From: Eledone cirrhosa
Lineage: Eukaryota
Length of the DNA stretch: 64,000 bases
NCBI GenBank assembly: GCA_964016885.1
Contig: OZ024742.1
Span: forward strand, 29,512,001 to 29,576,000
Direction: 5' to 3'
How positions within the stretch are numbered: the first letter of the stretch is position 1; the number at the start of each line of letters is the position of its first letter. Shown here piece by piece: positions 42,975 to 61,155 of this stretch. The translations under genes and the position numbers were made by a program. Below the pieces are notes generated by a model, which was given only the letters and a program-made list of their open reading frames with translations, did no database searches and was not told the origin of the DNA.

Positions 42975-44489
42975 TGTGTGTGCATATATATATATGTGAG
43001 TGTCGGTGTGTGTATGTATATATGTATGTATTTATGTATGTATGTATGTCAGGTCACCAGTTGGTTCTACTGGTAAAATGTATCCCAGTACAACGTGTCT
43101 CATGGTCGGATCGTTGGCGACTAAACTGGCAACCCCACCAATGTTTCTTAGTGAGGAGAGTGACTTTGGACATCCTGCAGACTAAAAACAAACCTCTCAA
43201 AGGGCAAAGGCGCTCTTAAGAGTCAATGGCCATCCAAAACCTTAGCCTTTGTCAAGGCAGAATTCTAGAAAGGAAAACTCTGATATAACACCTGCAACCC
43301 TGATGGTATCCAATGATGTGACTTGTTCTTCTTTTTGGTAAATATCATCTTGGTTAAGAGAGTGGGACTGGCTTTGTGCAGTGCCTTTGCTCACTATAAA
43401 AGCTTCACGGCACAGGCATTGCTTTATATCTGGAGATCTATCTGCACTTGTCGTCACATGGTACCATGAGCCCAGCACTATGTGTCAATAATTGTCACAA
43501 GTGTAGTGTTTGTACCAGAGTTTTTAAGTCGCTGGCTGGACTAAAAAGTCACACTCGTTCAGCGCATTAGTAGGGGTTCTCCTACATGGTTATAAAGTAG
43601 TGGCCGTACTCGAAAACGAGTTGGCAGACACCATGTATGTATGTATGTATCATAAGTGTATGTATCATAAGTGTATCTTTGCCAGTGTAGAAGTAGGCCA
43701 GAGGATATACTCTCTACAAAAACACCCAATGGCCCTGCGTCTTTTATAGCTTCTGACAAACGACAACCAGCTCCTGAACTTCCCTTGACGGGGATATGCC
43801 ATCTCACTCACTATTATCAATAATATTTGCTCTGCCAAGAGTAATATGAGAGAGATTTGACTATCATGTGTGGTTCATCAATGATTCGCCATTATCTGCA
43901 ATATATGTATCACACGATATATATTTGTTCACAATGTTTATATCAATCAATACGGCGATTTTGTATTTTAGGGATTTTTTTTGCAGAATCTTATTGAAAA
44001 GAAAAGCTTCATAAATATATTTTATATATCCATCAGACAAAACCCTTTTTATAAACCATTGATAAAGATGGGTTGATAGGTTGCTGGCTTCTTTTACAAG
44101 TCAGTTAATAATGTATTTTATCAACGACCTTCTTAGTGTATATTACCATTGACTTATATTCCGCAAGGAGTATACATACAGTTGGTATCGGCTATTCAAT
44201 GTTATTCTGTGTGAATAAGATCTACTGTTTGTTTTTTTAATAATGATACAGAATATTCCAGCTTGATACTCTCGTGGCTTTGTGAGCTATTTGTCATTCA
44301 ACAGACACAGAAGTATGTTAATGAAGCTGCATTTATATAATCTTCTTGAATCTTCCATTTATAAACAATAGGATTCGTTGTAAACATACTGTGGAGATGA
44401 ATATTGGCTTGTACTGTCACCAGGGGGCGTAGCGGAAACATTAGTAGTGGTCATCATAGGATATGATAGTCCAAAAAGATCTGATAGAT

Positions 44490-44636
<147 letters not shown>

Positions 44637-44934
44637 GAGAGAGAGCAGCCAGACAAATAGATTAGATATAGTGCTTTAGTTATAGGATGTCTTACACTTA
44701 AGATGTGCTGTATAAAATGGCTGCTAACTTCTATATATAGACATATTCACCGATTAGTTTATAATATGTATATAAAAGCTGGTTAGACAACATACCGCCA
44801 ACAAGTCAGTGTATATATCATGGATTACTGACCGTTCGTGTGTATGTCTGTGCTGTTGTATGTATGTATAGGGTGTGTGTGTGTTCATATGTATACGTAT
44901 GAGTGTGTTTGTTTGTGTGTATGTATTTGTTTGT

Positions 44935-45410
44935 ATACATATGGTGTTGTGTGTGTATTGGTATGTATACATATGGTGTGTGTATGTATTTGTGTGTATA
45001 CATATAGTGTGTCTATATGTTTGTGTGTATACATATGGTGTGTCTATATGTTTGTGTGTATACATATGGTGTGTCTATATGTTTGTGTGTGTACATATGG
45101 TGTGTCGATATGTTTGTGTGTATACATATGGTATGTCTATATGTTTGTGTGTATACATATGGTATGTCTATATATTTGTGTGTATACATATGGTATGTCT
45201 ATATGTTTGTGTGTATACATATGGTGTGTGTATGTATTTGTGTGTATACATATGGTGTGTCTATATGTTTGTGTGTATATATATGGTGTGTCTATATGTT
45301 TGTGTGTATACATATGGTGTATCTATATGTTTGTGTGTATACATATGGTGTGTCTATACGTTTGTGTGTATACATATGGTGTTCGTATGCATATCTGTGT
45401 ATACATATGT
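44935..45410 (+). repeat. 31-bp minisatellite TGTGTGTATACATATGGTGTGTCTATATGTT, ~15 copies
   Basis: ACATATGG recurs at 45031, 45062, 45093 and onward. Confidence 0.9.
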
Positions 45411-45580
45411 TGTTGTCTGTGTAGTTGTGTGTAAACATGACTGTATACATATGGTATATATATGTATGTATTTGTATGTATATATATGGTGTGTGTATAC
45501 ATGTCGCATGTGTGTGTAACTCTAAATTCCACATCCATCTCTTGAGTTAATAAGTTCCTATCAGAATGCTCCAGCTCCGC

Positions 45581-45654
<74 letters not shown>

Positions 45655-46227
45655 CACCTTTTCAGCTCTTGTCTGGTCCCCAGTTTAGTTTTTCTCAACA
45701 ATCTTCTTTCCCCAACGAACTATTTGCTGTAACGTTCAATACGCCCACTTTATATGCAGATGGAATAGAATAGCATGGACTTCCGTCCGTTTCTACGATT
45801 ACTATTCCAATTGTTCGATCAACAGATCAGCCTACTCATAAAATATAAGAGCATTCCACAGACACGTGTAACTTTACCGGAACTTACAGTGAGATTTATC
45901 GTAATACTGTATGACAAGGCTGCCTTTGAATTAGGGGTATAATCCATTGGACGGGCTTCCAAACAGTTTCCGTCTATACAATCTCACTGACAATGCATGT
46001 GTCGATCTGGGGCTATGGTGAATGTATCGACGTGAAATAAAATATCTTGCTCATGGACCCAGCGCACCACGTGTTTCACAGAAGAACCATTAACGAGTAG
46101 AATTTACAATGCCTCACTAGATTTAGAGAACCAGAGTGGGGATCACTTCGCGGTCCCACGATTTGTAAGAAGTGTTAGCCTATTAACATTCATATCATAA
46201 GTAGAGGGAGGCACGACTTCTACCAAT

Positions 46228-46380
46228 TATCCCAGTGCATTACTGGTACTTTATTTTATCGACCCAGTAAGGATGAAAGGCAAAGTTATCCTCGGCGGGA
46301 TTTGAACTCAGACCATAAAGGGCCGTAACACTTTGCTGCAAAGCCTGGTGTCCGACCCTTTACAGATACTGCCAATGCTT
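46228..46380 (-). mobile_element. tRNA-SINE family 1 copy
   Basis: Reverse-complement core, B-box and A-box (GATACTGCCAA). Confidence 0.78.
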
Positions 46381-47089
46381 TTCTGCAATACAGCTGATAG
46401 CGGGATGTGTGAATTAGTAGATGTAGGGAGACAAAGTTTTCAATTTTTTTTTTTCTTTCGGTAAATTCCCTTATATTCTATTTTATTTTATTTCATAGGT
46501 ATTATTAAAACAGGGAAAACACAAAGCAAGTGTTTCGGCTCTTAAGAGGTTAATGCTCGAAACACTCACTAGAGCGGGTAGTTCTTCTCTGAAGAACTTC
46601 TGCTGTCCAGCTCTCCTGGAAGTTTCTGACCACAATTAAAACAGGGGAAAACTCATTTATTCTGCCGCAGGCCATAGAAAGGTAGTTTGTGGGCCGCATG
46701 TGGCTCGCGACACGCGTATATGAAAGCTATATTCTAGATACACGTGGCGGGACGAAATCTTCATGGCTGGAACAATTAGGAACATACAGGGCTGAACAAA
46801 GGACTAAACAACAACAACAACAATAACAGTTTCTACAGAGCTATTCGTAAGATAGCACCACATATGCAATTAGATGATAGCGTGTAAGCTATACACTGTT
46901 CAAACGACATATACTTGATGTATAAATTACAATGTGTAGAAGGAAGAGCTTCTCACCAGATATTGTTAGACACACCACGACAGTTAGTGACACATCAAAC
47001 ATCCTCCAACCAATTACAATACTCTATTATTTATTACCGTTTCTACCCTTTACAAAGCAGCCATATTGTTTTCTATCTAAGGAGCTTAT

Positions 47090-49910
<2,821 letters not shown>

Positions 49911-50589
49911 ATATCCTGGTCCTCTGCCCAATGAAAAGATATTATATTTTGTATCCTCATTTATAGGCTGAAGGTCTGTGATGATTTACAAGCGTGGTCA
50001 GGAGACGTGGTTATATAAGGCTCATTCTGTCTGTGATTGAGGTTACTCAAAGCTTATAAAGTGTACTTCTTACGACCGTCGGGGAGAGACACATGAATTT
50101 CCTTGTCTTCTAGTTATGTTCAAATGACCCTACGTTTTGTAGCTCCGTTATAGGTTTGTGTAGATCCGAATGTTATAGAAAGCGTTAATACATTTTTTTT
50201 TAAATTGTGTTTTCGCCACACTCTACTGATGAGCGAGAAATGTAGCGAAACATTGCGCCCAATGTGAGCAGATTTTATAATACATTCTGCTTGATGTTCC
50301 GTAATATACGTGGTGTTGTTTAAATGATCGTTCTGGAGCATAATCTCATTGTTGTAGAAGGGGTATTATGCTGAAAATATATAGCAAAGAATGACAGTGG
50401 TTGTTAGTTAACATATTTTTAAATAAATGATGTTCTTAATGTTGCATCATCCCAATAATATTTTACTGATTACAGGTATTGAATAGCGGCCAGGCTGGGG
50501 CACAACTTTAAAAGGGTTTATCCGATTTTATATAGGCTAGTTTTCCAGGAATCGAACACCTCTAAAGAGAGTTTCTTTTGTGAAATAGT

Positions 50590-50708
50590 GAGGATAGTCA
50601 CACACGCGCATGCACAGCTAGATCTGAACAGTTCTACCAACTCTACCACCCTAAGTATCGAGTACTCTGGTGCGTTATGGTCCGCTAGGTTTCTTACCAC
50701 ACTTTCTA
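50590..50708 (+). mobile_element. Family B-related terminus with tail
   Basis: CCCTAAGTATCGAGTACTCTGGTGCGTTATGGTCC..CTTACCACA matches 57603-57660. Confidence 0.7.
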
Positions 50709-50734
50709 TATATATATATATATATAAATATATC

Positions 50735-51597
<863 letters not shown>

Positions 51598-51870
51598 AAA
51601 AAATATCACATGCTTCAATATATCTCGTACATAAAGTATATTTTAGTTATCATGATGGATATTTTCCGCCATTAATATTTCAAAGTTACTTCCTACATTC
51701 ATCTGAAATTGTTTTTTAAGGCCTAAACTTTAAAATGTTACTTCTTTTAACAAAATTATTTTTTCTATATTTACCAAGATTAACTGCGTCTATCTAAAAC
51801 AGAACAGACGTTTCCTTTTAATTTATTAATTGCCGCATAATTTCAGAACATACACACACACACAGACATT

Positions 51871-51927
<57 letters not shown>

Positions 51928-52127
51928 ATAAATTATATATATATACATATTTGTTCAGAGAAACTTAGAGATTCGCTTCCGATTAATGTACCAGATGTAT
52001 AGAGTGACTTCCGTACAAACAGTCACAAGAAACAACCTACTCTTACACACACACATATATATATATATAATATATTTACATATATATATATATATACATA
52101 TGTATATATATGTATATATATATATGT

Positions 52128-52273
<146 letters not shown>

Positions 52274-52319
52274 AATTATATAACCAATTATATATATATA
52301 TATACATATATACATATAT

Positions 52320-52382
<63 letters not shown>

Positions 52383-52388
<6 letters not shown>

Positions 52389-54700
52389 CTGTTGTATTGT
52401 TAGCGCAAAGGTAAAATGGGAAAACTTTGAATTTGGGTGTCTTATTACTTGCGCATATGTCTAGATGTGCGCTTAGTGGTATCTATCTCGTGGTTGGATC
52501 TCGTAGTTGTTGGCGATGAACTGTCATTCTGTTTCTGAGTGTGAGTTTAGTTTGTCCTATATAATCTTCATTTAATGGCATGAAGTAGATTTTTGGATGA
52601 GCAAGTGAAGTGATTTTTTACAGCAAAATGTTCTCCTGATTTAAATGTATACGTGTTGCCTTCAATGAGGTGAGTGCAGGTTCCACAATTAGGGCGACCA
52701 CATTTTTTGACAGTTGGTTGTGGGTTTGTGGTAGGTAATTTAGCATTGGTGAGTAATGTTTTCAGTGATTTCGGTTGTCTTTTGCTTTTGATTATTTTGT
52801 GTGTTTCAAGGGCTTTTTTCATTCTTGGGTATTGTTTTAGTAGTGGGATGTTCTTGTGAATAGTGTTGTAAGCTTCCGCATTTCTTGGGTTGTGTGTTGA
52901 GATATATGATAGAATATTGGACGTATCTTGAATTTGTTTCTGTTTTCGTAATTCATCAATGCCTATTGCTTTAACCCTTTCATTCCATTATTTATTAGTA
53001 ATGGTGGGTACTCTCTTTCGAGTAGAATTTCCTTTAATTTTTGAAGTCTTTTATTTCGCGTTTCATAATTGTAGACAATTGTGCAAATTCTTCTTGCTAG
53101 GATAAAAGGAATGTTCGTTCTCGTGTGCTTTGGATGGTTGGAGGTGAATAGCAGGTATTGTTTGGAATCTGTTGGTTTGTAGTGTATGTCAGTTTCAATA
53201 GTTGCGTCTTTTTTTAAGATTAAGATGTCCAGAAATGGGAGTTGATCTTGGCTGTATTCCATTGTGAATTGGATGTGGTTATTGATGCCGTTTATTAAGT
53301 TTTTGAAATCCTTCAGTTGGTCGAGTGTGTGGGACCAAAGAATGAGACAATCATCCAATTAGCGTTTCCAATTCTCTGATAAATATTTGTGGAAGTTCAA
53401 TCCGTATTTTGATGTGGACTGTTCATATATCTGGACTTCTAAGTATGCCATGACTAAGTTGGCATAAGTTGGAGCGATTTTTGTACCCATCGCAGTCCCC
53501 GATATTTGCTTGTAAGTACTGCCATCGAAATATTAAAAAAAACTCTGTAAGATGAATTTTAATCCCTCGGTGATGAAGCTTTTTTCTATTCTGCCAGGTA
53601 TCTCATTGGGATATTTCTCTAGCCAGAATCCTATTGCTTCTAGTCCGTATTGGTGTGGGATCGTTGTGTAGAGATTCACTACATCGAAAGACACAATAAT
53701 AGTGTCGTTGTTGACATGTTTGGGGAGGTGGTGTAAGAGGTCCAGATCGTCTCTTACAAGGCTTAGTATGTGTTTGAGAACTAGTTTTAGTAGTATGTCT
53801 ATAAAGTTGCTCAGTCTGTGTGTTTCACATTGTGGGCCCGCTACAATTGGTCTTAATTTAAGGTCTGTGGGGTATTGTGTGTTCACACAGGCTGAGGTGG
53901 ATTGTTTACAGGCATCGTTAATTATTTTACACTTGTGGATCTTCGGTAGTCCGTAAAGGTTACTTGTTTTGTATTCAAAATGTGTTAAATAATCGCGTTC
54001 CTTTTTAGTTAAGTCTTCCTGGTATCGACAAATCAGTGTGTTTAATCTGGTCATTGTTTTTGATTGCTGGTAGTCTTTTATTCTTTCATAGTAGTTAGTA
54101 TTTTGTAAGAGAGAGAACATAGAATTTTTATATTTTTCAGCATCCATAATGACAACAGTACTTCCCTTGTCCGCTTCCTTAATTATAATGTCCGTATTGT
54201 TTTTTTAGTTGGATAAAATCTCCCATTCCCTTCTACTCGTGTTGGGTTTGGGTTTAGGTTGCGGTAGTTCATGGTATGGAAAAGTAGCTATGTGGTCACA
54301 AAATTTGTCCAGAACTCTGTTTCTACCTTTTGTTGGGTTGTAGCTGCTTTAATTCCGTACAATTTATTCGTCGTTATTCTCCTTGTCAAAGAATTCCTCC
54401 GTGAGACGTAATTTTCTACAGAAGTGTGAGATATCGTCATTTATCTCATTGAGGTTAGAGTATTGTGGTGTTGGTGTGAATTTCAGTCCTTTGGAGGGAA
54501 GTTTTACTTTTGGGGCTGAGAGGTTTGTATTTGAAAGGTTGATTATTTTCGGTTTTTCAAAATCGGTTTGTGCTACCGGGTGTCGTGGGTCCTGTAGCCT
54601 TGGTGTAAAAAATGATTTTTCTGGAATGTTTTTTCAATGATATTATTATATCTAATGGTATTTCCCCTGTTGTTGTGTGGTCTTGTATAGAAGTTTCGGA
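52383..54700 (-). pseudogene. Penelope-like retroelement RT + GIY-YIG (Neptune-type Cys linker), decayed and 3'-truncated
   Basis: YGLPKIHK, LRPIV, SFDVVNLYT, GTAMGTKIAPTYANL, WKR*LDDC, YKPTDSKQYL..SNHP, CGRPNCGTC, YIGQT..LRNRMTVHRQQ. Confidence 0.9.
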
Positions 54701-54954
54701 CGTATTGAGGTTCGGTTTGTTGCTCCTATTTTACTGTGCTAAATAGATTTTAGTCTCATATATAGTCATATTTAGTCACGGGTGAAGATAATATTTTGTG
54801 TCACTTCCTTTTGCGTTCTTTCAAAATCCCTTTACACATGAATTATTTGTTAGTGCTCATAAGTTTTTCATCGTATATATATATATATATATGGGGAGGA
54901 GCCTGAGGGTTGCATATATATATATGCGTGTGTATGTTTATATATGTATATATA

Positions 54955-56300
54955 CGGCCGCCTTGGACTTTGTCGAGACACTTGCGCCCATCACCGACCA
55001 GGAAAGAAATATCATCCTCCACGCCAGGAAGACAGTCCTACTTTTCGACAACTCCAAATGGATAAAGAGTGCTCCCGACTCCCCCTTCGACGTCAGTATG
55101 GGCTGAGGTCACAGATCTTATAGGATTATTCCTACTAGTTAAACTCACCGATATGTTTCCTGCATTCGGCGGTGGATTGTACCGTGATGATGGGCTCCTT
55201 ACCCTTAAAGGGTACAACCCCAGTAGTACAGACCGGGTCTGTAAATGATTAATCAGCTTCTTCCGCGACTGGGGATTTAAAATAACCCTACAAACATCCC
55301 TAACCCGAGTAAACTTCCTGGACGTTACCCTTGACCTTTATAACGATCTGTACTACCCATACAGGAAACCAAACGATAATCTGCACTACATCCACCGCCG
55401 GTCGAACCATCCTAGAAACATCACCAATAACCTGGTTAAAAACATCTCCCACCGCATATCTCGTTTGTCAGCTAATGAGCAGATATTCGAGGAACATGCG
55501 CCTTATTACAACCATGCCCTCAAGCGGAGTGGCTTCCGTGAGGAAATATCCTATTGTCCAGCTTCCATTAGCGGAACCAGCGGGCGACACCGCCGGTCAC
55601 GCAACGTAACATGGTTCAATCGTCCCCACAACGCCGAGGTGACAACACCTGTCGGGAAAATCTTCTTTAGGCTCATCGAAAGACACTTCCCACTACAACA
55701 CCGCTACCACAACATAATCAACAAAAATACCATCAAACTCTCCTACAGCACCACACCTAACTTTGCACAAAATATCGTCTCCTCTAACAACAAAAATCTC
55801 AACCTCTATGGAAGAAATAACCTAGATAGCAGTGGAGAGCCGACCAGGAGGTGTAACTGTCCTGATGGATCCCTTTGCCCCCTCGACAACAGATGCAGAG
55901 ATCGTAATGTGATCTACCAGTGCAACGTGAGGACGGACACCTCCAACAAAGCTTATATAGGATTAACCGCTTGTGACTTCAAGACCCGGCTATACCAACA
56001 CAGACATACTTTCCGAAACCTGGCCCGGCGTCACGCCACTACACTTTCGAGCCATATCTGGGACCTCAAAGAAAACAATATAACCTATAATCTCACTTGG
56101 AGCTTACTCTCCAGAGCCAACTCTCACACGGGAGGACGCCGTCCGTGTAACTTATGCTCGGAGGAAACATTACAAATGCTGTTTTCGACCGACCAACTCC
56201 TAAACAAGAAAAACTGGTAACTGCATGCAAACACAGATTGCGTAGGACTTACCTCGCCCTCAAACCCCATAATGACCCGGGGGAGTAGACAAGGGCTGAA
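54955..56300 (+). pseudogene. Second PLE (YRDD type), 5'-truncated RT + GIY-YIG
   Basis: FDVSMG, GLYRDDGLL, PYRKPNDNLHYIHRRSNHP, CNCPDGSLCPLDNRC, NVIYQC..YIGLT..FKTRLYQH, CNLCSEE. Confidence 0.88.
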
Positions 56301-57526
56301 ACACCCCACTTGACGACTTTGTAATGGGTAACCCCTGCTTACAAAGGTAGACGTAACTTTTTTGTATATATTTTCTTATATATTTTTTATCGTTTCCTCT
56401 ATATTTCCTTCTTCCCCCCATCCCTTCCTAGTCCTTCCACCCTAGATCTCCTTCTTTGTCGTCGTTCTTTTCACCTTTTCGCCCACCCAGAGGCAGCCAC
56501 TCGGTCCTCTGTAGCCTCAGTACTCCCACCCCCCTTATTTTATGATAGAATTAGCCGATTCCGCTTTTTATAGCAGATGTGCTAGACCCGAGATACTTTC
56601 TTTCTTCTCTGATTGCTGCCCTATTTCCGTGATTTCTAGATTTCTTAGTGGTATTTCTGCTTTAGTTTCTCGTATATCAGTATTTTTTTTGGGGGGGGGG
56701 GGGGTATTCTGAATTAATTTTTCGTATTAGTTTTTCATATATATTGTACGAGCATTTATGTAGATTGGATTAGAATTTATGTATTGTAGCAGTATTTATA
56801 TATATTGTATTAGTTTTTTTATATTTATTGTATGAGTATTTATGTAGTTTGTATTAGAATTTATGTATTGTAGCAGTACTTATATATATGTTTCGGGATT
56901 CTGAATTAATATTTCGTATTAGTTTCGGGACTCTGAATTATTATTTCGTATTTGTTTTTTTTTAGTATTTTGACCCCCTACTTGTTGACCTGTCATTGTA
57001 AGATAGATTTGGCCGATTACTACTAACTCATAAAATTCTTTCACTACAATCTCGTATTTAGTATTCCGTCCCACCTATTCAACTTTTCTATAGCTTAGCA
57101 GTACCAGTGAGAGATTTGATGATTGTGGAAGGGGAATAGTAACCAGAAATTGTTTTTTTTTTATATTTTTTATATTTTTTATATTTTTATATTTTTATAT
57201 TTTTATATATATTTACTCCATATAGATTTACTTATTGTTTCGACTTCCTCCCCCATCCCCTTCTCTAGTATACTTTTTTCGACCTTCTATCCTTAGAATC
57301 TGCTGTAGTTGTCACTTTCAACGCTCGACTGGGTTTCCTCCACCCCCTCTCCCTCTTTCTTCTGCTGGCAAGTTCAGCTACCCCTACTTTCCATAAAATG
57401 CCATGATAGAATCATGTGTCTCAACAACAAACTTTTGACCAATCCTTGTGACAATCACTTTTACCATATATGGAATTACCCCCTGAGAAGTTCAGCTATT
57501 CATTTACCAGGATAAAAATGTTCATT

Positions 57527-57666
57527 TAGTCCAGAATTAGCCGTCGAAACGGCTTGAGCTCAGCCGTCGGGGTCCTACTTGTTCCTATTACCCACTCTAC
57601 TACCCTAAGTATTGAGTACTTTGGTGCGTTATGGTCCATCTGGTTCCTTACCACATTTCCTTCGTT
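57527..57666 (+). mobile_element. Family B terminus (single arm plus tail)
   Basis: GTCCAGAATTAGCCGTCGAAACGGCTTGAGCTCAGCCGTCGGGG...CCTTCGTTA(TA)n. Confidence 0.8.
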
Positions 57667-57681
57667 ATATATATATATATA

Positions 57682-57972
57682 AGCAAATTATAAACGTAAA
57701 CATGTAAGTATGTTTTTGAAGCGGTGCGCGAGTTTGAAATTAGAAATTAGAAATTATAAGCTTTCACCGTATTTTTAGACTAAAGAAATTTCTAGCCTGA
57801 TAATGGGGTTTATAACCCTCGGAGAAATGGAAAAGGATGAGTGTTGCCGTACATGGGAGTGTTGCCTCCCATGTACGGCAACACTGATCTTTTTCCATTT
57901 CTCCGAGGGTTATAATCCCCACTATCAGGCTAGAAATTTCTTTAGTCTAAAAATACGGTGAAAGCTTATATA
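57682..57972. mobile_element. Fold-back element family F
   Basis: Arms ~57755-57859 and 57867-57972 with several mismatches; ~70-nt tail. Confidence 0.8.
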
Positions 57973-57992
57973 TGGGGAGGAGATGAAGGCTG

Positions 57993-58037
<45 letters not shown>

Positions 58038-58046
58038 TTATATATG

Positions 58047-58133
<87 letters not shown>

Positions 58134-58139
58134 ATATAC

Positions 58140-58234
<95 letters not shown>

Positions 58235-58249
58235 TATACATATATATGT

Positions 58250-58512
58250 ATTTGTTTTAATAGGGACCATAATAATAGTACCACTGATGATGTTGCAGAT
58301 ATACAACGAAAGAACTTTGATAGACTATATATATATTTATATTTGTATGTTTAACCGTTGGTCAATCAATGATAAACATTGATTGCCAACTGAATTAACT
58401 GTGGAGATATAAAAGATACAGAAACGAAAACCAACCAAACAGTGAGTGTGTTCTGTTATTATTTCTGGCAATATCATTACAACAATATGAACTTCCCCAA
58501 GTATAACAATAT
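58250..58512 (+). mobile_element. Family A single arm with HHR core at 58284-58320
   Basis: CTGATGA-T-GTTG..CAAC-GAAA-GAAC-TT; ends AAGTATAACAATAT. Confidence 0.75.
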
Positions 58513-58707
58513 ATATATATATATACAATACATAAACAGAGAAAGCCTTAAGCGATACTCCGACCAACTCCATCTCACTTAACAAACATTAGGATATACC
58601 TAAGTATTTTCCCAATTTAGTGTTTGGGGTGCTGACTAATCAGTATTTCGTGGATAGCTGGTTGTATTATTTTATAAGAGACATTATTAAATAAATATCT
58701 CTTTCCT

Positions 58708-58831
58708 TCCAGACGGCCGTTTCGTTATAAAATTTCTACAATTTGGGATAAATAATTTCCAGGTTATGTAGAAACTTGTATATAATCCATAGTTTTATAC
58801 ACAAGCGGTCTATTATAAACTCATCAGTGGA
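58708..58831 (-). ncRNA. Hammerhead with canonical core and branched stem II, in a diverged relative (58525-58970) of the 995-bp unit
   Basis: TCCA-CTGATGA-G-TTTATAA...TTATAA-C-GAAA-CGGCCG-TC-TGGA; GUC triplet. Confidence 0.8.
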
Positions 58832-59049
58832 TGCCCAAATAATATCGATATAAGAATTATATCGACATTAATAGAATGGTGATGGTCTCCCTCAGCGCTA
58901 AGAAGAGACTGGTAGATTAGAAAATCCAGCAGTCCTCCCAAAGATAAAATACACGCTGTCCCCAAAAGGGTAAAGGGAGGTCATCATAAGGGAGAGAAAG
59001 AGGGGGAGAGAGAGAAAGAGATAGAGAATGGGAGTGAGACAATGATATA

Positions 59050-59215
59050 GATAAAAGATCGACTCTAGTACTTGACTGGTACTTTTTTATCGACCGTGAA
59101 AGGATGAAAGGCAATGTTTACCTCGTTAGGATTTGAACTCGAGAGAGCAGTGAACCGAGGAATACCACAAATCACTCTTTTCGATGTTCTAACCATTCTG
59201 CCAATTCGGAGCCTC
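59050..59215 (-). mobile_element. tRNA-SINE family 1 copy
   Basis: CTGGTACTTTTTTATCGACC..AAGGATGAAAGGCAA..GGATTTGAACTC. Confidence 0.7.
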
Positions 59216-59734
59216 CAAATATGTACTTAGAGACGACTATGTGAAAATATATACCAGATCTTTACGTATTATAAACATTCATTAAGTCTTGCTGTGGTAA
59301 TTATAAGCTGTGATAATGTTACAGCTACCTCAGTAGCCATGTAAGAATGCTATTTCAAGATTTTTATCCATCTTTAGTGGCGCTCTGTCACTCGGTAGCA
59401 GTATATACTCGTAAAGATTTCTAAAAAAATTTATGGAGATCCCCATTTACACGTGTCGTGGATTTGAAGGAATACTTAAAATACACACAGCTATACATAT
59501 GTATATTTATTATACATAAACATATTGTATATGTTTTCATATACATCTCTGTTTTGAATTACGCTGTTAGTGTTACTACCATTCTGATATATTCGTCCAT
59601 GCGTCGTCTTCCTCTCGGTAGACTTAGTAATGGGTTTTCAGTTCATTTCTAAAACTTATTTACCTGCTGTAAATAGTAGACGAATCCCCTCAAATCATAA
59701 CTTAGTATCATAAAAGGTAAAGACATTTTAAGAT

Positions 59735-59995
59735 ATCCAATGGTTAGGTTGCTTGAGATATGATCGTAACGTCGTTCGTTCGATTCCTGGACCGGGTTGT
59801 GTGTTGTGTTCTTGAGCAAAACCCTTTATTTCACGTTGCTTCAGTACACTCAGCGGAGATGAGTGAGTATCAGCTGTAGCTGGAGAGTTCAATCTGCGAT
59901 AGACCAGCGTCCTGTCCAGGGAGTGTCTTGTACTCTCAGTCGCTTAACACCAAGGAAACCGGTGATGAGCCTTTGGCTTAGAACATACTTTAACT
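59735..59995 (+). mobile_element. tRNA-SINE family 2 copy
   Basis: GTTCGATTCCTGGACCGGGTTGTGTGTTGTGTTCTTGAGCAAAAC; homologous to 13838-14095. Confidence 0.7.
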
Positions 59996-60912
59996 TTTAA
60001 TATTCTTGATTGCAGACACCTATGTAAGATTGGAGATGATAGAGAGGGTAAAGCGCTGGATTAAATACCTGAATATATTAATTTCGTTCCTGGAGTGGTT
60101 TCAGTCCAATCCTGCAAGAGGTGGAATTTGTACTGCAGTCATCCTGGAGGCAATGATATAAAAATATTAATAATAATTTCTAAAGATACGATCAACTAAA
60201 GTTTCGATTCAATCAACGATAACTCTTTCCCTACAAATTTCTGGTCTTGTGCCAGGCTAGGATACCATTATTAATGTTTCTGTATGAAGTCAGACTTGAA
60301 GAAAGACCAAATTATCTATCTTACATTGTACTACCTCTGTACCAACACAGGATTTTGCTTTCTTTTCTTTCTAGAAACTTCCATTCATCTTGTGTGAACA
60401 CACCGCCATAGTGTGAGCTATTTCCTCAGTGTAAAGCCCATTATTTCTATCGTTTAGACTTTATCTAATTCTTCCATCTTCCTTTCTTACTTCCTCACAT
60501 AGTTTTCTTCATCTGTAGCTATACATTCACACTTTCTCTAACTATTCTTAAACCTTTCAAGATCATTATTACTTTGCAATTTTGTTTGATTCCTCCTTCG
60601 TTTCTTCATCTTCTTCTTCTTGTGAAGTCTGTTAATCTCATTAGTTGTCCTAATAAATCAGTTAGCTTCCAGCCTTTGCTTCCAATCTTTTCCATTTTGA
60701 CGTTTCTTCTCTCGTCCATCTACTTAACTCAGTTTTACCATCCACAGCCAGTCCACAACACCAACCCCCAACACCACCTACTACCCCACCTCCTCTAAAC
60801 AATACTATGCTCATTATCGTCTTTTCCTTAAAAACCACAGCACCTTACTCTCACCCACTTCACTGCTAAACCCCTCTCTCACTCTATATTTATCTATCTA
60901 TATATATATCCA

Positions 60913-61007
<95 letters not shown>

Positions 61008-61123
61008 GCGAAAAGTCAACAGGTAAAAATAACACAGAAGTGAGAACGATATATTACAAAGATGATATATAATAGTTTAACACTTGATCTTTAGGAAAAG
61101 TGCCTTTACGTTTATGTTAAGAC

Positions 61124-61155
<32 letters not shown>

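Noticed and set aside
43030-44440. Possible host exon or element in the complex sequence
   Set aside because: No recognisable protein motif or boundaries; left unannotated.
57795-57830. HHR in family F (CTGATAA-TGGGGTT-TAT-AACCCT-CGGAGA)
   Set aside because: Both core segments deviate, and the orientation is opposite to the other families.
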